A stretch of 63,331 nucleotides of DNA, the filler included, from Nemertoderma westbladi (Eukaryota > Animalia > Xenacoelomorpha): the NCBI GenBank assembly GCA_032718475.1. It is 3 parts of 3 records of this genome, joined end to end, with 100 filler letters (N's around TTAATTAATTAA, not from the genome) between each part and the next. Parts side by side here need not be neighbours in the genome. Positions count along the whole stretch, not along the records: positions 18,393 to 44,760 come from JAUCBJ010003961.1; positions 44,861 to 63,331 come from JAUCBJ010006507.1; 1 more part is not named here. One strand, given 5' to 3'. Within the stretch, counting starts at the first letter, position 1; every line of letters begins with the position of its first letter. Under the pieces are notes generated by a model. It searched no databases. It was not told where the DNA came from and was given only the letters and a program-made list of their open reading frames with translations. A program made the translations under genes and the position numbers. Positions 36,801 to 48,878 of the stretch are shown here, in pieces.

Positions 36801-37382
36801 TGTCAGTCTGAAAGACATCAATCCCCCCCCCCCCCCCATCTTCATGTTTAGATTACAAAATTCTCATAGTTAACAAAATGCACAACATAAACCTTTCCCA
36901 TGCGGATTAGTTAGCGATATATGCTCTGTTCGTTGTTCTATTCTGAATGTAGGGAGATGCATAGCTGATGTTTTAATAATATGTACCGGTATACAGACTA
37001 GTAACAGATAGGAGGGCATCGTCTTTGACTATGAATACCAGCACATAGCCCTAATCTTTTCTCACCGAGCTTAGCGTTGCCTGCCGCACACACACACACA
37101 CTCATAAGTAACAGATGCGCTATTGTAGCTCACTCGTGAGCAGCAATGCTTAGTTAGCTAGCTAGCTAGCTACGGCCGCTGAGTAAACTATGCCTACTCG
37201 AGTGTTACAAGCAATCGCTCTACTGAAGTTAGTTAGTTAGTTAATTTCCCCCAACTAGTTGTTGATTTTAAAAAAATATTCATAAATTTTTTCCAACCAA
37301 ATTTAATATATATTTTACAGTAAAAATCTCCACCACCAAACAGCAACAACAACAACAACAACAACAATAAATTTCACTCGCA

Positions 37383-37937
37383 CTAATTATATTTTACATC
37401 AAAAACCCTCGCACCAAACAATAATAAATTATTAACCAGTTTGTTGAATATAGGATAATATATATGAAATTTAAATGGAGAACACATTAATGTACATTTA
37501 CCAGTGTAGAAGCAGCAAACAACAACAATATTATTTATTCTGACTTTACAGTTATTGAATATTTCGGGCTCGTATGAAATTTCTAGTTTAACATTATCAA
37601 ATATAACATAAAACCCGATATTGTTTATAAGTAACCTATAAATTACGGTATCGATACTAAAAATATAAGTACACAAATTGATTGATTTAAAAATCAAATT
37701 AATGTTTGTTTTTTCGAATATATGCTTTTTCACTTTATTAAAATTATATTTTCTACCGAGAATTGTTATTCGTCCATTTGTAAACATTAATATGGTTGCA
37801 CCAAATACCTTATATATAAACTGATTAGGTTTGAGTACAATTTTACCATTCAATTGATTTTTTAATTCTTTTAAATTAAGTCCATAAATGATCTGCTTTC
37901 AACTTATATTTTTATTTACTATTTGATAATTCATCAT
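37383..37937 (-). pseudogene. Divergent TATA-binding-protein (TBP)-like gene of a Polinton-like element, with an in-frame TGA at codon 13
   Basis: MMNYQIVNKNIS*KQIIYGLNLKEL...ATILMFTNGRITILG...ISYEPEIF...VCCFYTGKCTL parallels the two TBP repeats (QNIV...TALIFSSGKMVCTG...SYEPELF...LLIFVSGKVVL). Intronless; start overlaps the PolB 3' end. Confidence 0.7.
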
Positions 37938-38496
37938 CAACACCATCGTCTTTTGGTTCTTCATAAATTGGTATATTTGATATTTTTATAGGTTTTTTGA
38001 GGTTTGTTTTATAGTGCCCCCAAGGAAGTGATTGATTTTTATTAACCCAATAAAGTTTATCATCAAAGCTACTGAGTGCAAATTTATTTTGCTTTAAGGT
38101 ATAAATACGATGTAATTTAGATTGAAATCTGTGTATGTTTTTTTTTATTTCTTCATTTGAGTTATATGCTTTTAAATATTCTTCATGTGTAATATTCGTT
38201 TCCACAACAGCTCTTGTAATACCTTTTGCTCTACGAATATTTTTGTTATTCCATTCCAAAATTGAATATAATTTTGGTCTTAAAAATACTGCTTGTTTAA
38301 TTTCACGTGAAGCTAGTTCATCTTTACAGTAATAAAGTCTCGATTTATTTTTATCACTGTAGAGAGGGTGATCCTTAGGGTAATTGGATGTATGTAAAAT
38401 ATTATTTTTAATTAATGCTTTTAAAAAATTATTCTGCGATGTATTATAGTAACATCCTATTAAAGAGTCTGTATCTGATGCAGCAATTTCAATACG
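37912..38496 (-). mobile_element. C-terminal part of a protein-primed family-B DNA polymerase (Polinton/Maverick-like)
   Basis: Open frame: IAASDTDSL...TSNYPKDHPLYS...KDE...FLRPKLYS...RAKGITR...HEEY...HRIYTLKQNKFALSSFDDKLY...SLPWGHY. The 5' part of the gene is missing. Confidence 0.88.
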
Positions 38497-40058
38497 TGTT
38501 GCGATATATGGCGCTGTGTACAGAACAACCCGTTATACAGTATAAAATAAGTTAGATAAGTGCGTATTGATATGCAACCGTAATAATTAGATAGGGTAAA
38601 TAAAAAATACACAAGTTCATTTTATATTCAGTCGATTTTATACAGTATGTAGCCCTATTTACGTCATTTTATAATAAAACCCTGATATATTCATTTTCGG
38701 TGGCAAAATTCTTTAAAACAAAATATGAATTTTGCCGTTTTTCAATATCTATCGAATCTAATACATTTGTGCTAATTTTATTTACATATCCCTATAAATC
38801 GATGTTTGTGCTAAAATAACGCCTAAATTGTGCTTTTAATAATCGCCAAATTAAGTTGAGGCGATTACGTGCATTAATGATCCCAAATTGAGTTCTGCCC
38901 ACTGGTTGGTCGAAAATCCAGCTGAGACAACCCCTGGATGTCGCCTGATTATGTGAGCAAATTTAGACTTTGCATCATTCCTACAGTTTAGCAGTAGCCA
39001 TCTTTATTCTTAGTTTTTTGCACTTCCGTTGGTTGTAAATGTTGCTGCTTTCTTCATACATTTGTGACTTTTGAACATGATTACTGCTTAGTCTGACTGT
39101 TGATTATATATTTCTGATTGCAAATATAATTGCCGCAATGTAGTGAACCAAAATCAACGTTTGTTTCCTTCGACTGTCTGACTGTCTCATTGGTTTTTAC
39201 TATGTTTGCGCCGTTATGGAACTGCCCTCTTTAACATGTTGGGCTAGGGTAGGCGCCGCGGGCTCTCTGTTTGGAAGCGACGGGAGAAATTGGAGGATCC
39301 AATGCACGGCACTACCGGCTGCCGGCGGGGCTGGTGGCTGCGGTTGGCTGAATTAAGTTTAGGACCGAGGGCCGGTCGCCATTAAGGCTGTAAGGGGCAA
39401 GGCGACCTAGATCTTGTCTCTCAGATTTGCTATTAGGCTAGCTAGGTTTAGGTAGAAAGATCACATTGATCTGGGGTGACCTTAGCCGTTTACGCTAATG
39501 CTAATGCTAATGCTATGCTAATAACGCGATTTATGTGTAATGTTTTAGATAGGCGCTATATACCTTGATTGTTTCTGTTTTCTATTTATGCTTGTTAAAT
39601 TACTGTTAGCTCAAATAATACGATATTTAGGCTGTCTTTAGTGTAGCCCAGTAACGTAACTAATTAGCGTTACAAATTCTGGAATACCTAATAATTAGTT
39701 CGCAACCCCGTACATTTGAGTAAATGTAGTTTATGTATGATAGTATTTAGAATAAAATAAGGACTTCGTACGCTGCATAGCGGAGAATAGTTTTAGTTAT
39801 TTACACTTAGGAAATACAGAAATATCTTTGGACAAATTTACACTAGGTGGTTATCTAAAAAATAGCGGGTTTGCAAGTCTACAGTAGTCGCAAGCGTAGC
39901 GAGCAGTAATATAGCTGATTACAGTCAGCGCTAAGGGTACCAGGGTTTAGGTAAATAATTTCCCCCTTTTTGCATTATTAAATATTCTCACATTCAACAT
40001 TTGTCCGCCTGACGAACTGCTTTATTTCTCTGTGAAGGGTGAACAATTGGAGTGTTAA

Positions 40059-40512
40059 CTACGGTGGCTGAAAGCGGCCAAAATAATTCACTACTTTTTT
40101 AATTTTTAATTTGATCAACATTTTTTTCTTGAATTTCAACCCGGGTTGAAATTAATATCAACCCGGGTTGAAATTAATTTCAACCCGGGTTGATATTAAT
40201 TTCAACCCGGGTTGATATTAATTTCAACCCGGGTTGATATTAATTTCAACCCGGGTTGATATTAATTTCAACCCGGGTTGATATTAATTTCAACCCGGGT
40301 TGATATTAATTTCAACCCGGGTTGATATTAATTTCAACCCGGGTTGATATTAATTTCAACCCGGGTTGATATTAATTTCAACCCGGGTTGATATTAATTT
40401 CAACCCGGGTTGATATTAATTTCAACCCGGGTTGAAATTCAAGAAAAAAATGTTGATCAAATTAAAAATTAAAAAAGTAGTGAATTATTTTGGCCGCTTT
40501 CAGCCACCGTAG
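40059..40512. mobile_element. Fully palindromic TTAA-flanked MITE with an internal 22-bp tandem array
   Basis: TTAA|CTACGGTGGCTGAAAGCGGCC...GGCCGCTTTCAGCCACCGTAG|TTAA, with ~75-bp TIRs enclosing ~14 copies of AATTTCAACCCGGGTTGATATT. Confidence 0.85.
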
Positions 40513-40516
40513 TTAA

Positions 40517-42090
40517 CCCTATTAAACCCGGGGGGGGGGGGGGGGTCAATATGACCCCGCCCCCCCGTGGTTTTTTTATTATAATTCTGAAACAAACGCA
40601 GTTGGGAATCTGAAATTTTATGACTTTTCCTAAAAATCTATTGTCTTCATGGTAGTGAAAACCGTTTTCAAAAATATTGGGTACTTTTCGAGTTATAGCA
40701 CCATTTTTTAACCCTACTTTTGGCACTTTTTTTGAGACGTTTTTTGAAAATTACATTTCATTAAATATGAATTGTAACATCTCTATTGTTGATTTACACC
40801 GGTTTTTTGGTGTTAGAAATTGGATGGAATTCATATAAATTGATTTAGAAATTTCAAACTTGTTTTTTTCGATGGGTGCCAAATTTTGGTGCCAGCACCA
40901 AATTTTGAAATAAGTCAATTTTGTAAATTGATTGTTTGAAACTTGTTTTTTACGCAATTGGGGTTTTTTGGGGTTCTGGATTCGATGAAATATATACGAG
41001 TTTCACCAAGCGTATCAAACTTGTATTTTTCGGTGCTGTGTGCAAATTTTGGTGCTAGCACTAAATTTTGAAAATCCATTCAATATATAAAATTGCTTGT
41101 GACAATTTATTTCTTGCGTTTTAGATGTTTATGGCTGTTCTGAATTCAATGGAAAATATAATTATCGAACTAGACATCTCAAACTTGTATTTTTCGGATG
41201 TGGGTGCAAAATGTGGTGCTAGCACCAAATTTTGAAAACCATCAAATATATCAATTGATTGTGTCACCTTGTTTCTTGCGTTATACGGGTTTGTGATGGT
41301 TCTGAATTCAATGGAATCAGTAAAAATTTCATAAGAGTTCTCAAACTTGTATTTTTCGCCGGTGGGTGAAAATTGTTGTGCCAGCACCAAATTTTGGAAA
41401 ATATGCAAATTGATAAGTAGATAGTAACACCTTGTTTCTTGCGTTATACGGGTTTATGAGGGTCCTGAATCCGATGGAATCAATAAAAACAGCACTGGAC
41501 ATCGCAAACTTGTACTTTTTGGTGATGGGTACGAAATTTGGTGCTAGCACCAAAATTTGCCAAATTACGCCGAAAAATACAAGTAGCAATGATCTGGCAT
41601 ATTAGAAATGTATTACATTAGAATCAGCGCCCTCGAAAACCTGAAAATGTAAATTTATAGCATCGTATAAGTGAATTAAAAATTTTGAGTTCTAACTGAA
41701 AAGTGCTGGTTACTTGTTTTTTTCATTTTTTTCCTACGCAGAGAGGACTAAACAGCCATTTATAGTAATCATATCATTTTTAAATATTTTTCCAATGTAT
41801 TATGCACCCCAAAAAACCTGTATTGAAAAATAAATAGCCGAAAATGTAACTTTCAAATTTTGTGAAAATTGTGCACTACTTGTAATTTTGGTGCTGCAAT
41901 ATAACCACCCCAGTACATTTTTTCGAAAATTTTTTTTTTCGGTCGGATCCAGACAAGTGATACCTACGTACAAACAAAAACTCAGACGTTTTCGTAAATA
42001 TTTGTAGATTTTAGAGGGGGGGTCAATATGACCCCCCCCCCCCCCCCCCCCGGTATTTGTACAACATTTTATAGCCCGGTACTAATAGGG
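40517..42090. mobile_element. Non-autonomous piggyBac-type element (1574 bp)
   Basis: TTAA|CCCTATTA...TAATAGGG|TTAA. Subterminal GGGGGGTCAATATGACCCC at both ends. Internal ~165-bp repeats bearing GGTGCTAGCACCAAA. No transposase ORF. Confidence 0.85.
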
Positions 42091-43168
42091 TTAAGTCACC
42101 AACACTCGTATTAAGTAGCTTGGGAAGCCAAATCAGATTTGTTGTTTTGGTTGTTTCTGTTTCGGCTTGTGTTTAGGGCAATTAGCTTGGTATGTTATAG
42201 TTTGATTAACCTCATTGTTTCATTCGAAAATACGAACATATCAAAAGGAAGAATCCCCTTTGAGATTTCTTTAACAGTAAACGGCTTTTATTTTTTTTGT
42301 TCACTATTCATAGAGAATACAGTAATTCGTTAGGCTCTTAGGGTAAATTGTAAAATTAGTAAATTCAAAATTAGTAGCTAGGTTTGTGAGAATTCAGTTT
42401 CGGCCAAAATTATTTATATAATAAAATTTAGGGTTTTAGTACCGGTATGTTGGATAACCGCTTAATTATTTTATACCATCTGGAGATACATGGCGAGATG
42501 GAACTTCTGATGCTGGGGTTTGTGTGGGTCTACGGGTTTGGTTCGCAATCAGCAACGAATCTGAAGCCTAGGACGCGGACGTGGAATCTCACAGCGAACA
42601 GGGTTAGTTGTTCTGTTGGTACCAGTGTGTTTGTGGAAGCAGTAAAAAATTACCGGTTGTTTGACTGCGAAACTGAACTCAGTTTATTAGTTAGGTTAGT
42701 TAGGTTTAGCCGGCCATGGTGTTTTGGATCGCTCAGTTGGAGAGAGAGAGAGTGTCGCAACCTGAAGGTGTAGCCACGCGCTAGTGGATATATATAATAT
42801 TTAAAAATAAAATTACGTTGATTTTGAGCTATATATAAAATTAGAAATATTTTGGGTGACAAATTTATTTTTTTGAATTTTTGAATTAGAATCAAATTAT
42901 TTTCGTGTCATACCGGTCTTTAAATGCTGTATAATAGCTATAGAGCTACATTTTGTTTAAATATTATACCGGTATTTACCATAATTATATACAATTAAAT
43001 TCATAATATTTTTTATTGTGAATTAACTAATTTAATATTTGATATTTTGAGACAAAATAAATTATTTTGACAAATAATTTAATCGAAATTTCGATTAAAT
43101 TAATATATATCTCGAAATTTTGCGAGATTTTAGCCGAAAGGCAAATAACTATATATATACTTTAAACA

Positions 43169-44760
43169 ATGAGTGTCTCAGAGAAGGAGGCACTAGAGGA
43201 CAGCTATGAGACGGCGGCTGGACCGCCGACTGACGATAGTGTCAATATAACTGTTGACGACAATGCCGACTATGACGACGCAGCGAGTGACGCTGATGTA
43301 AGTGAACAGGAGGACGAGATTGTAACCAGTGAAAAAGACCAAGGTGAGGTAATATTATTAGGGTCCCCTACCACTACTGTAAGGAAGGATTGTACAGCAG
43401 CCCGGCCAGAGGTGAGTGATAGGGAAGGAAGTATAGCAGAAGCGAGAGCCCGAAGCCCGGTTTCCAGACCTGTGGGTATGGTAAGTGCCATGGCCCCAGC
43501 GGCTGTAAGGAGTACCCGTAGTTCCCGAAATAATCCCTCAAGTCCACCGAGTGTAAGTCAGGTAAGCGAGAGAGAGGTAGACATCGCGATAAAGAAGACA
43601 CTTCGCGCGCATGCCGGACATATAACCCGGACGACGGACAAGGTAAGGAAGATGCTAGCCGACTCTGGTAACATCGGAAGGGAAGGGTTAGTAGAACTTA
43701 GAAGGGGATATAACTCAGCGTTATTTAGGCAGACGGAGGAGCTTGCAGTCCTAGTGAAGAGAGCAGTGGAGTCCCAGTCGAGCGACGTGGCGACGAGGGT
43801 TTACGACAGGGCTTTGGCGGCCTTGTTAGAGCACCGCGCATTATCAGAGCGATTCCTACGAGTTAGGACAGAGAACTGGTTGCTATGGGCATCACAAGCG
43901 CAGGCGACTCAGGTAAGTGATGCAGAGTCGAGGAACTTAGTGGAGCAGGAAGAGATCCAAGACAAAGAAGAGAGAAGGTATCAGAGGGAAGTTACCAGCT
44001 GGCTGATGCAGAGTGGAGTGGTGGTACCGGGCCAGGTGCTACCGACGACGGAGAACATCCAACAGAGGACGTTAACTCCACCCGACGACGCATCTAGAGA
44101 CAGCGGCGATTCTCAGGTTAGTCACGCGCGAGGGAAGGTTATATGCGCTAGATCCCTTGTTTCTCACAACTCGGCGGAGGAGAGAAGACGCCGACTAGAC
44201 GAACAACAGGCAGAGGTCTTGCGTGCATCGGAAGCACGGAAGGAAGCCGAGCGAGATCGGGAGCGCACCCGGAAGTTAGACGCGAAGCTGCGAGAGTTGG
44301 AAGACATAAGTAAGCGTGAGCAAGCCGAACGCGAACAGGATGAACGAGAACTCCAACTCGAGCGTGAACGCGAAGAGAAGGAACTCCAACTCGAGCACGA
44401 ACGTGAACGAAAGGAACGCGAACAGAAGGAGCGCGAACTCCAGCTCGAACGCGAACGGGAAGCCAAGGAACGCGAACAAAGGAGACGCGAACTTCAACTC
44501 GAACGCGAGCGCAAGGAGCGCGAACTCGAGCGCGAGAGGGAACGACGCGCATTGTACGAAGAGAAAGCGCGACTGGAAGAAGAGAGCGCAGCGAGACTCG
44601 CAAGGGAAGAAGAACAACGCAAACTGGCGCAATTGGAAAGTGCGAGACTAATCTTAGAAAGCGAAGAACGAACAAGGAAGGCGAATGAAATTGCCGAAAG
44701 GGGGATGCGAATGATTGAAGAATGTGGGGCGAGTGTAGGTACCGAGTTGCGAGACCTGTT
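43169..44760 (+). CDS. Gag-like protein N-terminus of an LTR retrotransposon (probably BEL/Pao), truncated by the gap
   Basis: More than 530 codons, intronless. Acidic N-terminus, a KTLRAHAGHITR motif like BEL gag N-termini, and a long E/R coiled coil. Confidence 0.55.
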
Positions 44761-44860
44761 NNNNNNNNNNNNNNNNNNNNNNNNNNNNNNNNNNNNNNNN
44801 NNNNTTAATTAATTAANNNNNNNNNNNNNNNNNNNNNNNNNNNNNNNNNNNNNNNNNNNN
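44761..44860. other. Assembly gap linker
   Basis: N44-TTAATTAATTAA-N44. Confidence 0.95.
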
Positions 44861-45353
44861 CATCCTCTTCCTGTTCTTCACTTTCTTCATCCTCTTCCTG
44901 TTCTTCACTTTCTTCATTCTCTTCCTGACCTTCGCTTTCTTCACCCTCTTCCTGACCTTCACTTTCTTCGTCCTCTTCCTGACCTTCATTCTCAACCTCA
45001 CTCTCTTCAACTTCATCCTGACCCTCACTATTTTCATTCTCCATCTCATCGTCCTCTTCTTCTTCATCTTCCTCACTCAAATTTTCATCATTTTCTAGGG
45101 GTAACTGTTTTTGTATCCCTTTCAAAATATTCATAACTTTATGAAATTTATTTTCCATTGTCTGTTTTATCTTTAATATATCACGCTCAACTCTCTTTTT
45201 CTTTTCATCTTCATTAAAAATATCTTCGGATTTTTTAAATTTCTTTGGTAATGGATCCATTAGTTTATCCTTTCTATGTCTTTCCATATGACGAGATAGA
45301 TTATCTTGTCTCATTTCTTTATTACAAACCAAACATCTTTCATCTCTATGCAT
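44861..45353 (-). CDS. Hypothetical protein: single C2H2-like finger, basic region and acidic repeat tail (truncated by gap)
   Basis: CLVCNKEMRQDNLSRHMERH, PKKFKK and (EESEGQEED)n. Intronless and AT-rich. Confidence 0.5.
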
Positions 45354-46898
45354 TATATAGCAATGTCAATTGATATTATGAATTTTCGCTGAATGATTTT
45401 ACAAAATTTTAAATAAATAAAACTTTTATGAAAATAAATAAAACTTTTAAAAATAAAAATTAGAGAATGAATGGGAATGCGGTGAATGGGGGCTATTATA
45501 GAGGGAGGCTAGAATGGAGTTGTGAAAGAAGAATAATCTATTGCAAACCAGATGTTTATTTTAATTTTCTCAGGCGATTTGACAATGGTTGTATGGTACA
45601 TAAAACTACAGTATCTAGTATAGAAATGGTTGAGGATTAAATTAACATATGCGCTCGTATGTGCGGTAATTAATGGTTGTAGTTGGCCTATGTGCGATTG
45701 AGGTAATGCTGGCGCGTAAGATGTAAACCGAAGGTTTCCAATCTTACATGATAACGAAGCTGAAGGGTACCAAGGCAACATACCAAGACAGTCCCCACCC
45801 ACGCGTTTGAGCCAAGGCCAAACTGGCCCATTTTATTTTCGTGTGAGGGTAATTTATGTTTTGGGCCCCGCTCGCTTCTTCATATTTCATTCCATCATTC
45901 TATTGTACGGCAAAAATAATACAAATGTACTGTATATTGTATTGTACAGTGCCTATTGTATTGTATATTTTATCTACTGTAGTACAATCTATTCATCGCG
46001 CGTCCCTATCTGATTGATTTGTGTCAAATTAAATTGCCTTTGGCAACATTATTTGATACAAATCGATTGATTAAACAATTAATTAATTGTTTAATCGACC
46101 AATTAATTAATTGTTTAATTAATTAATGACCTACTTAACACCTAAGGTGTGAAGTAGGACCAATTGTCGCAGAAGAGGGGTTCATCTTACTACTCTTGTG
46201 AAAGTAAAATATTTTAAAAGCTACGCAGTTAAAACTTTTATTTGTTATGATTATAAAATACACACATATGTATAACATATACAGTAAATGTATGATATGT
46301 ATATATAATAATGAAACCTAAAAATAATATATATATAAACTGTATATCAAACATATTTAATGTATTTTATTGAAACATTACATTTACTACGTAACTCCGT
46401 ATGTATAATAGAACAGGAATGCATAACTTTATACGCCGGTTGACTTTATAAGGCGGTTGAGAGTTGTTTTTACGGCGAATAAGAATTGAGTAGTGTCAAT
46501 CAATAATAGCACACAGCATATGAGTTATGCATGGAATACTAAATTTAGGTCCTAAATAAAGATATATTTTTAGTATTCCTATATTTATTATTTGGTTATA
46601 TTTATTGTATATTTAGTATTCCATGGTGGACCTGTACAGGTTGGGTTGACCATCATTACCTTAATTTAAATGACAATACCCTGTAATAAATTATTAATAT
46701 CCAATAATGATATATATTATTATAGTTTACGTTGAATTTAAAATTTGGGATATTTTGTATTCCTTCATAAACATTATAACCCAAATGGTGTCATTGGCTT
46801 GGCCTGGACTACGTGAGAATTCAAGACTTAATCTCGTAAAAAGTGCTACAGTCTAGGAAGTAAATAGTTAAATAGTTTTTGTATTTTGACTGACTTAC

Positions 46899-47039
46899 CC
46901 TCTGGAAGGCTATCTTTAGTTGGAATTTATCTTCCCCCCAACCTACGACTATATACGGCTGGGCTCCATTGGCACATCGCCCTTCAACTGACGTCACATC
47001 CTCTGGTGAGGCCGACACCTTGGCCTTTTCAATCGCGTC
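46899..47039 (-). CDS. LAMP-family (lysosome-associated membrane glycoprotein-like) gene, internal exon B
   Basis: TTAG| acceptor and |GTAAGT donor, 141 nt, phase 0/0. Encodes DAIEKAKVSASPEDVTSVEGRCANGAQPYIVVGWGEDKFQLKIAFQR (second Cys of the LAMP domain and the following strands). Confidence 0.7.
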
Positions 47040-47722
47040 CTAAGTGAGCAAAATAAACTACTGTAGGCTTACTGTCTATACAGAATCATTCTCACTGTAG
47101 CTACTACTAGTAATGTGGTTATAGGCCATCCATGTTTCTATCAAATTTGTGAATTTGACTACTAAAAGCTATAAGTTAACCCTTCCGATAAATATTATAC
47201 ATGAACATTAACCAATAACTATTTAAGTGGTGGCAAAAAAGTATACTTTTTTGGTCGAGCGATATCGAGACGTAACGTAGCGAGACAGATAAGAAAGAAA
47301 GATATATAAACATTTAAAGCAACATTTATAAAAAAAAAGTAGAAAAACATTAGCTAGAATAAAAAATCAAAAATGTATTCTAGAACATAAAAAATGTGTT
47401 CTAGAACACAAAAAAGTGTTCTAGAATAAAAAAAAAATGTGTTCTAGATGATGGCTAAACACGTGTTCTATAAGATTTTCAAAAAATTTTGCAAAAACTA
47501 GCTAGTATAAAAAATCAATGTCAAGGAAATTACTTTGAAATTTAATTCAACAAAACTATTTTTGTTGACAAAAAAGTGTACTTCTTTTGTCAAACTTGTT
47601 AACGACTTTGACAAAAAAAGTGACTTAGTGGCCTACAACCAACGCCTTGCCTACAACAAATAAATAATATATAAGTGTATTTGAGCGAATCCCTCGGTTG
47701 CTACAGTAGAATTCATACTAAC

Positions 47723-47887
47723 CTCTAGATAAATGTCGCGAGCATGGAAAGATATTACGATATCAGCTGAGAAGTTAGCTTTGAGACAGACCTTGCCGTT
47801 AGCAGATAACTCGTAGCCATCGCTATCAGAGGAACCTACAACCGGCGCAGGTTCTGGAGGTTCTTGTTCGATATCATCTACGGATTC
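47723..47887 (-). CDS. LAMP-family gene, internal exon A
   Basis: AACAG| acceptor and |GTTAGT donor, 165 nt, phase 0/0. YELSANGKVCLKANFSADIVISF resembles LAMP1 NGTACIMANFSAAFSVNY. Confidence 0.72.
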
Positions 47888-48121
47888 CTGTTGGGGAAAC
47901 AATTTGGGGTGATAAAAACATACAGTAAAATACCTCAAGGCCTCAAGTAAAAATAATATTTACTGAAATGTGTGGTAATCGAATGGGTGTAACTTAATAA
48001 TAAGCTTAGCTTAACTTCTTAACAACGGAATGGTGGAAACTACTTGTAGTATTTAGCAGCACGTATATTATTCTGAATTTTTATAGCTAACAACTCACGA
48101 TATGTGGCAATTAAATATTAT

Positions 48122-48672
48122 AACTGGAGCTCTAGCTCGAGTTCCTGCAGCCATTATTAGTTTGTTTGTGGCTGCGTTCGTGGCTGGCTGGGTAGAATGT
48201 TTGAACGCTAATAAGTCGATCAATCATGGATGAAATGTAACTAAACTCGGTACACATGTAGTCTATTACAAGTATAGAAATTCTACACAAGGACGGGCTT
48301 CTACAGTCCCTCTGTCTGCCGCTAGGGGGCTAATTGACAGAAACTTAAAAGCAGCTGTAATTATAGAACCAACCATCAGATTCATTTGAAATTTGGTAGT
48401 AGTAACCTAAGAGCATTGGTTAATTAGAAATTCTACACACAGACAGACTTTTATAGTTCATCTGTCCGCCGCTAGGGGGCGAATTGACAGAAACGTAAAA
48501 TAAGCTGTAATTATAGAACCAACAATCAGATTCATTTGAAATTTGGTAGTAGTAACCTACGAGCATTGCGTAATTATAAATTCTACACACAGAGAGACTT
48601 TTACAGTTCCTCTGTCTGCCGCTAGGTGGTGAAATGTCAGAGTTCCAGTTCATCGTGCTTAGCACGGTTTAA
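48122..48672 (+). mobile_element. Helentron-associated (HINE/DINE-like) element with three ~151-bp internal repeats
   Basis: 5' AACTGGAGCTCT with local hairpin, GTTT/GGCT microsatellite, tandem units containing CCGCTAGGGGGC, 3' subterminal AGAGTTCCAGTT and a CGTGCTTAGCACG hairpin. Confidence 0.65.
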
Positions 48673-48878
48673 TTATGGTTATTGAATAATTTAACTTGCT
48701 ATGAAACCCATAATCAATTGCCTCCTTATTAGCGACCTAAACATGCAATAGGCCGTCCACAAACTTATCACCATACTGTATATTGTCCCTAATCACCATA
48801 TACAGTAGGCCTTTAGGACTTCCTACTGGTATCACATAATCCCATGGCCATCGTAATGTAGATATAATATTACGATGA

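Larger units (their letters stand above)
39237..44760 (+). mobile_element. Putative BEL/Pao LTR retrotransposon 5' portion (LTR/leader plus gag), cut by the assembly gap
   Basis: Candidate LTR TGTT(39237)...AACA(42600), interrupted by two TTAA elements and followed by a long gag-like ORF. Boundaries are tentative. Confidence 0.45.
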
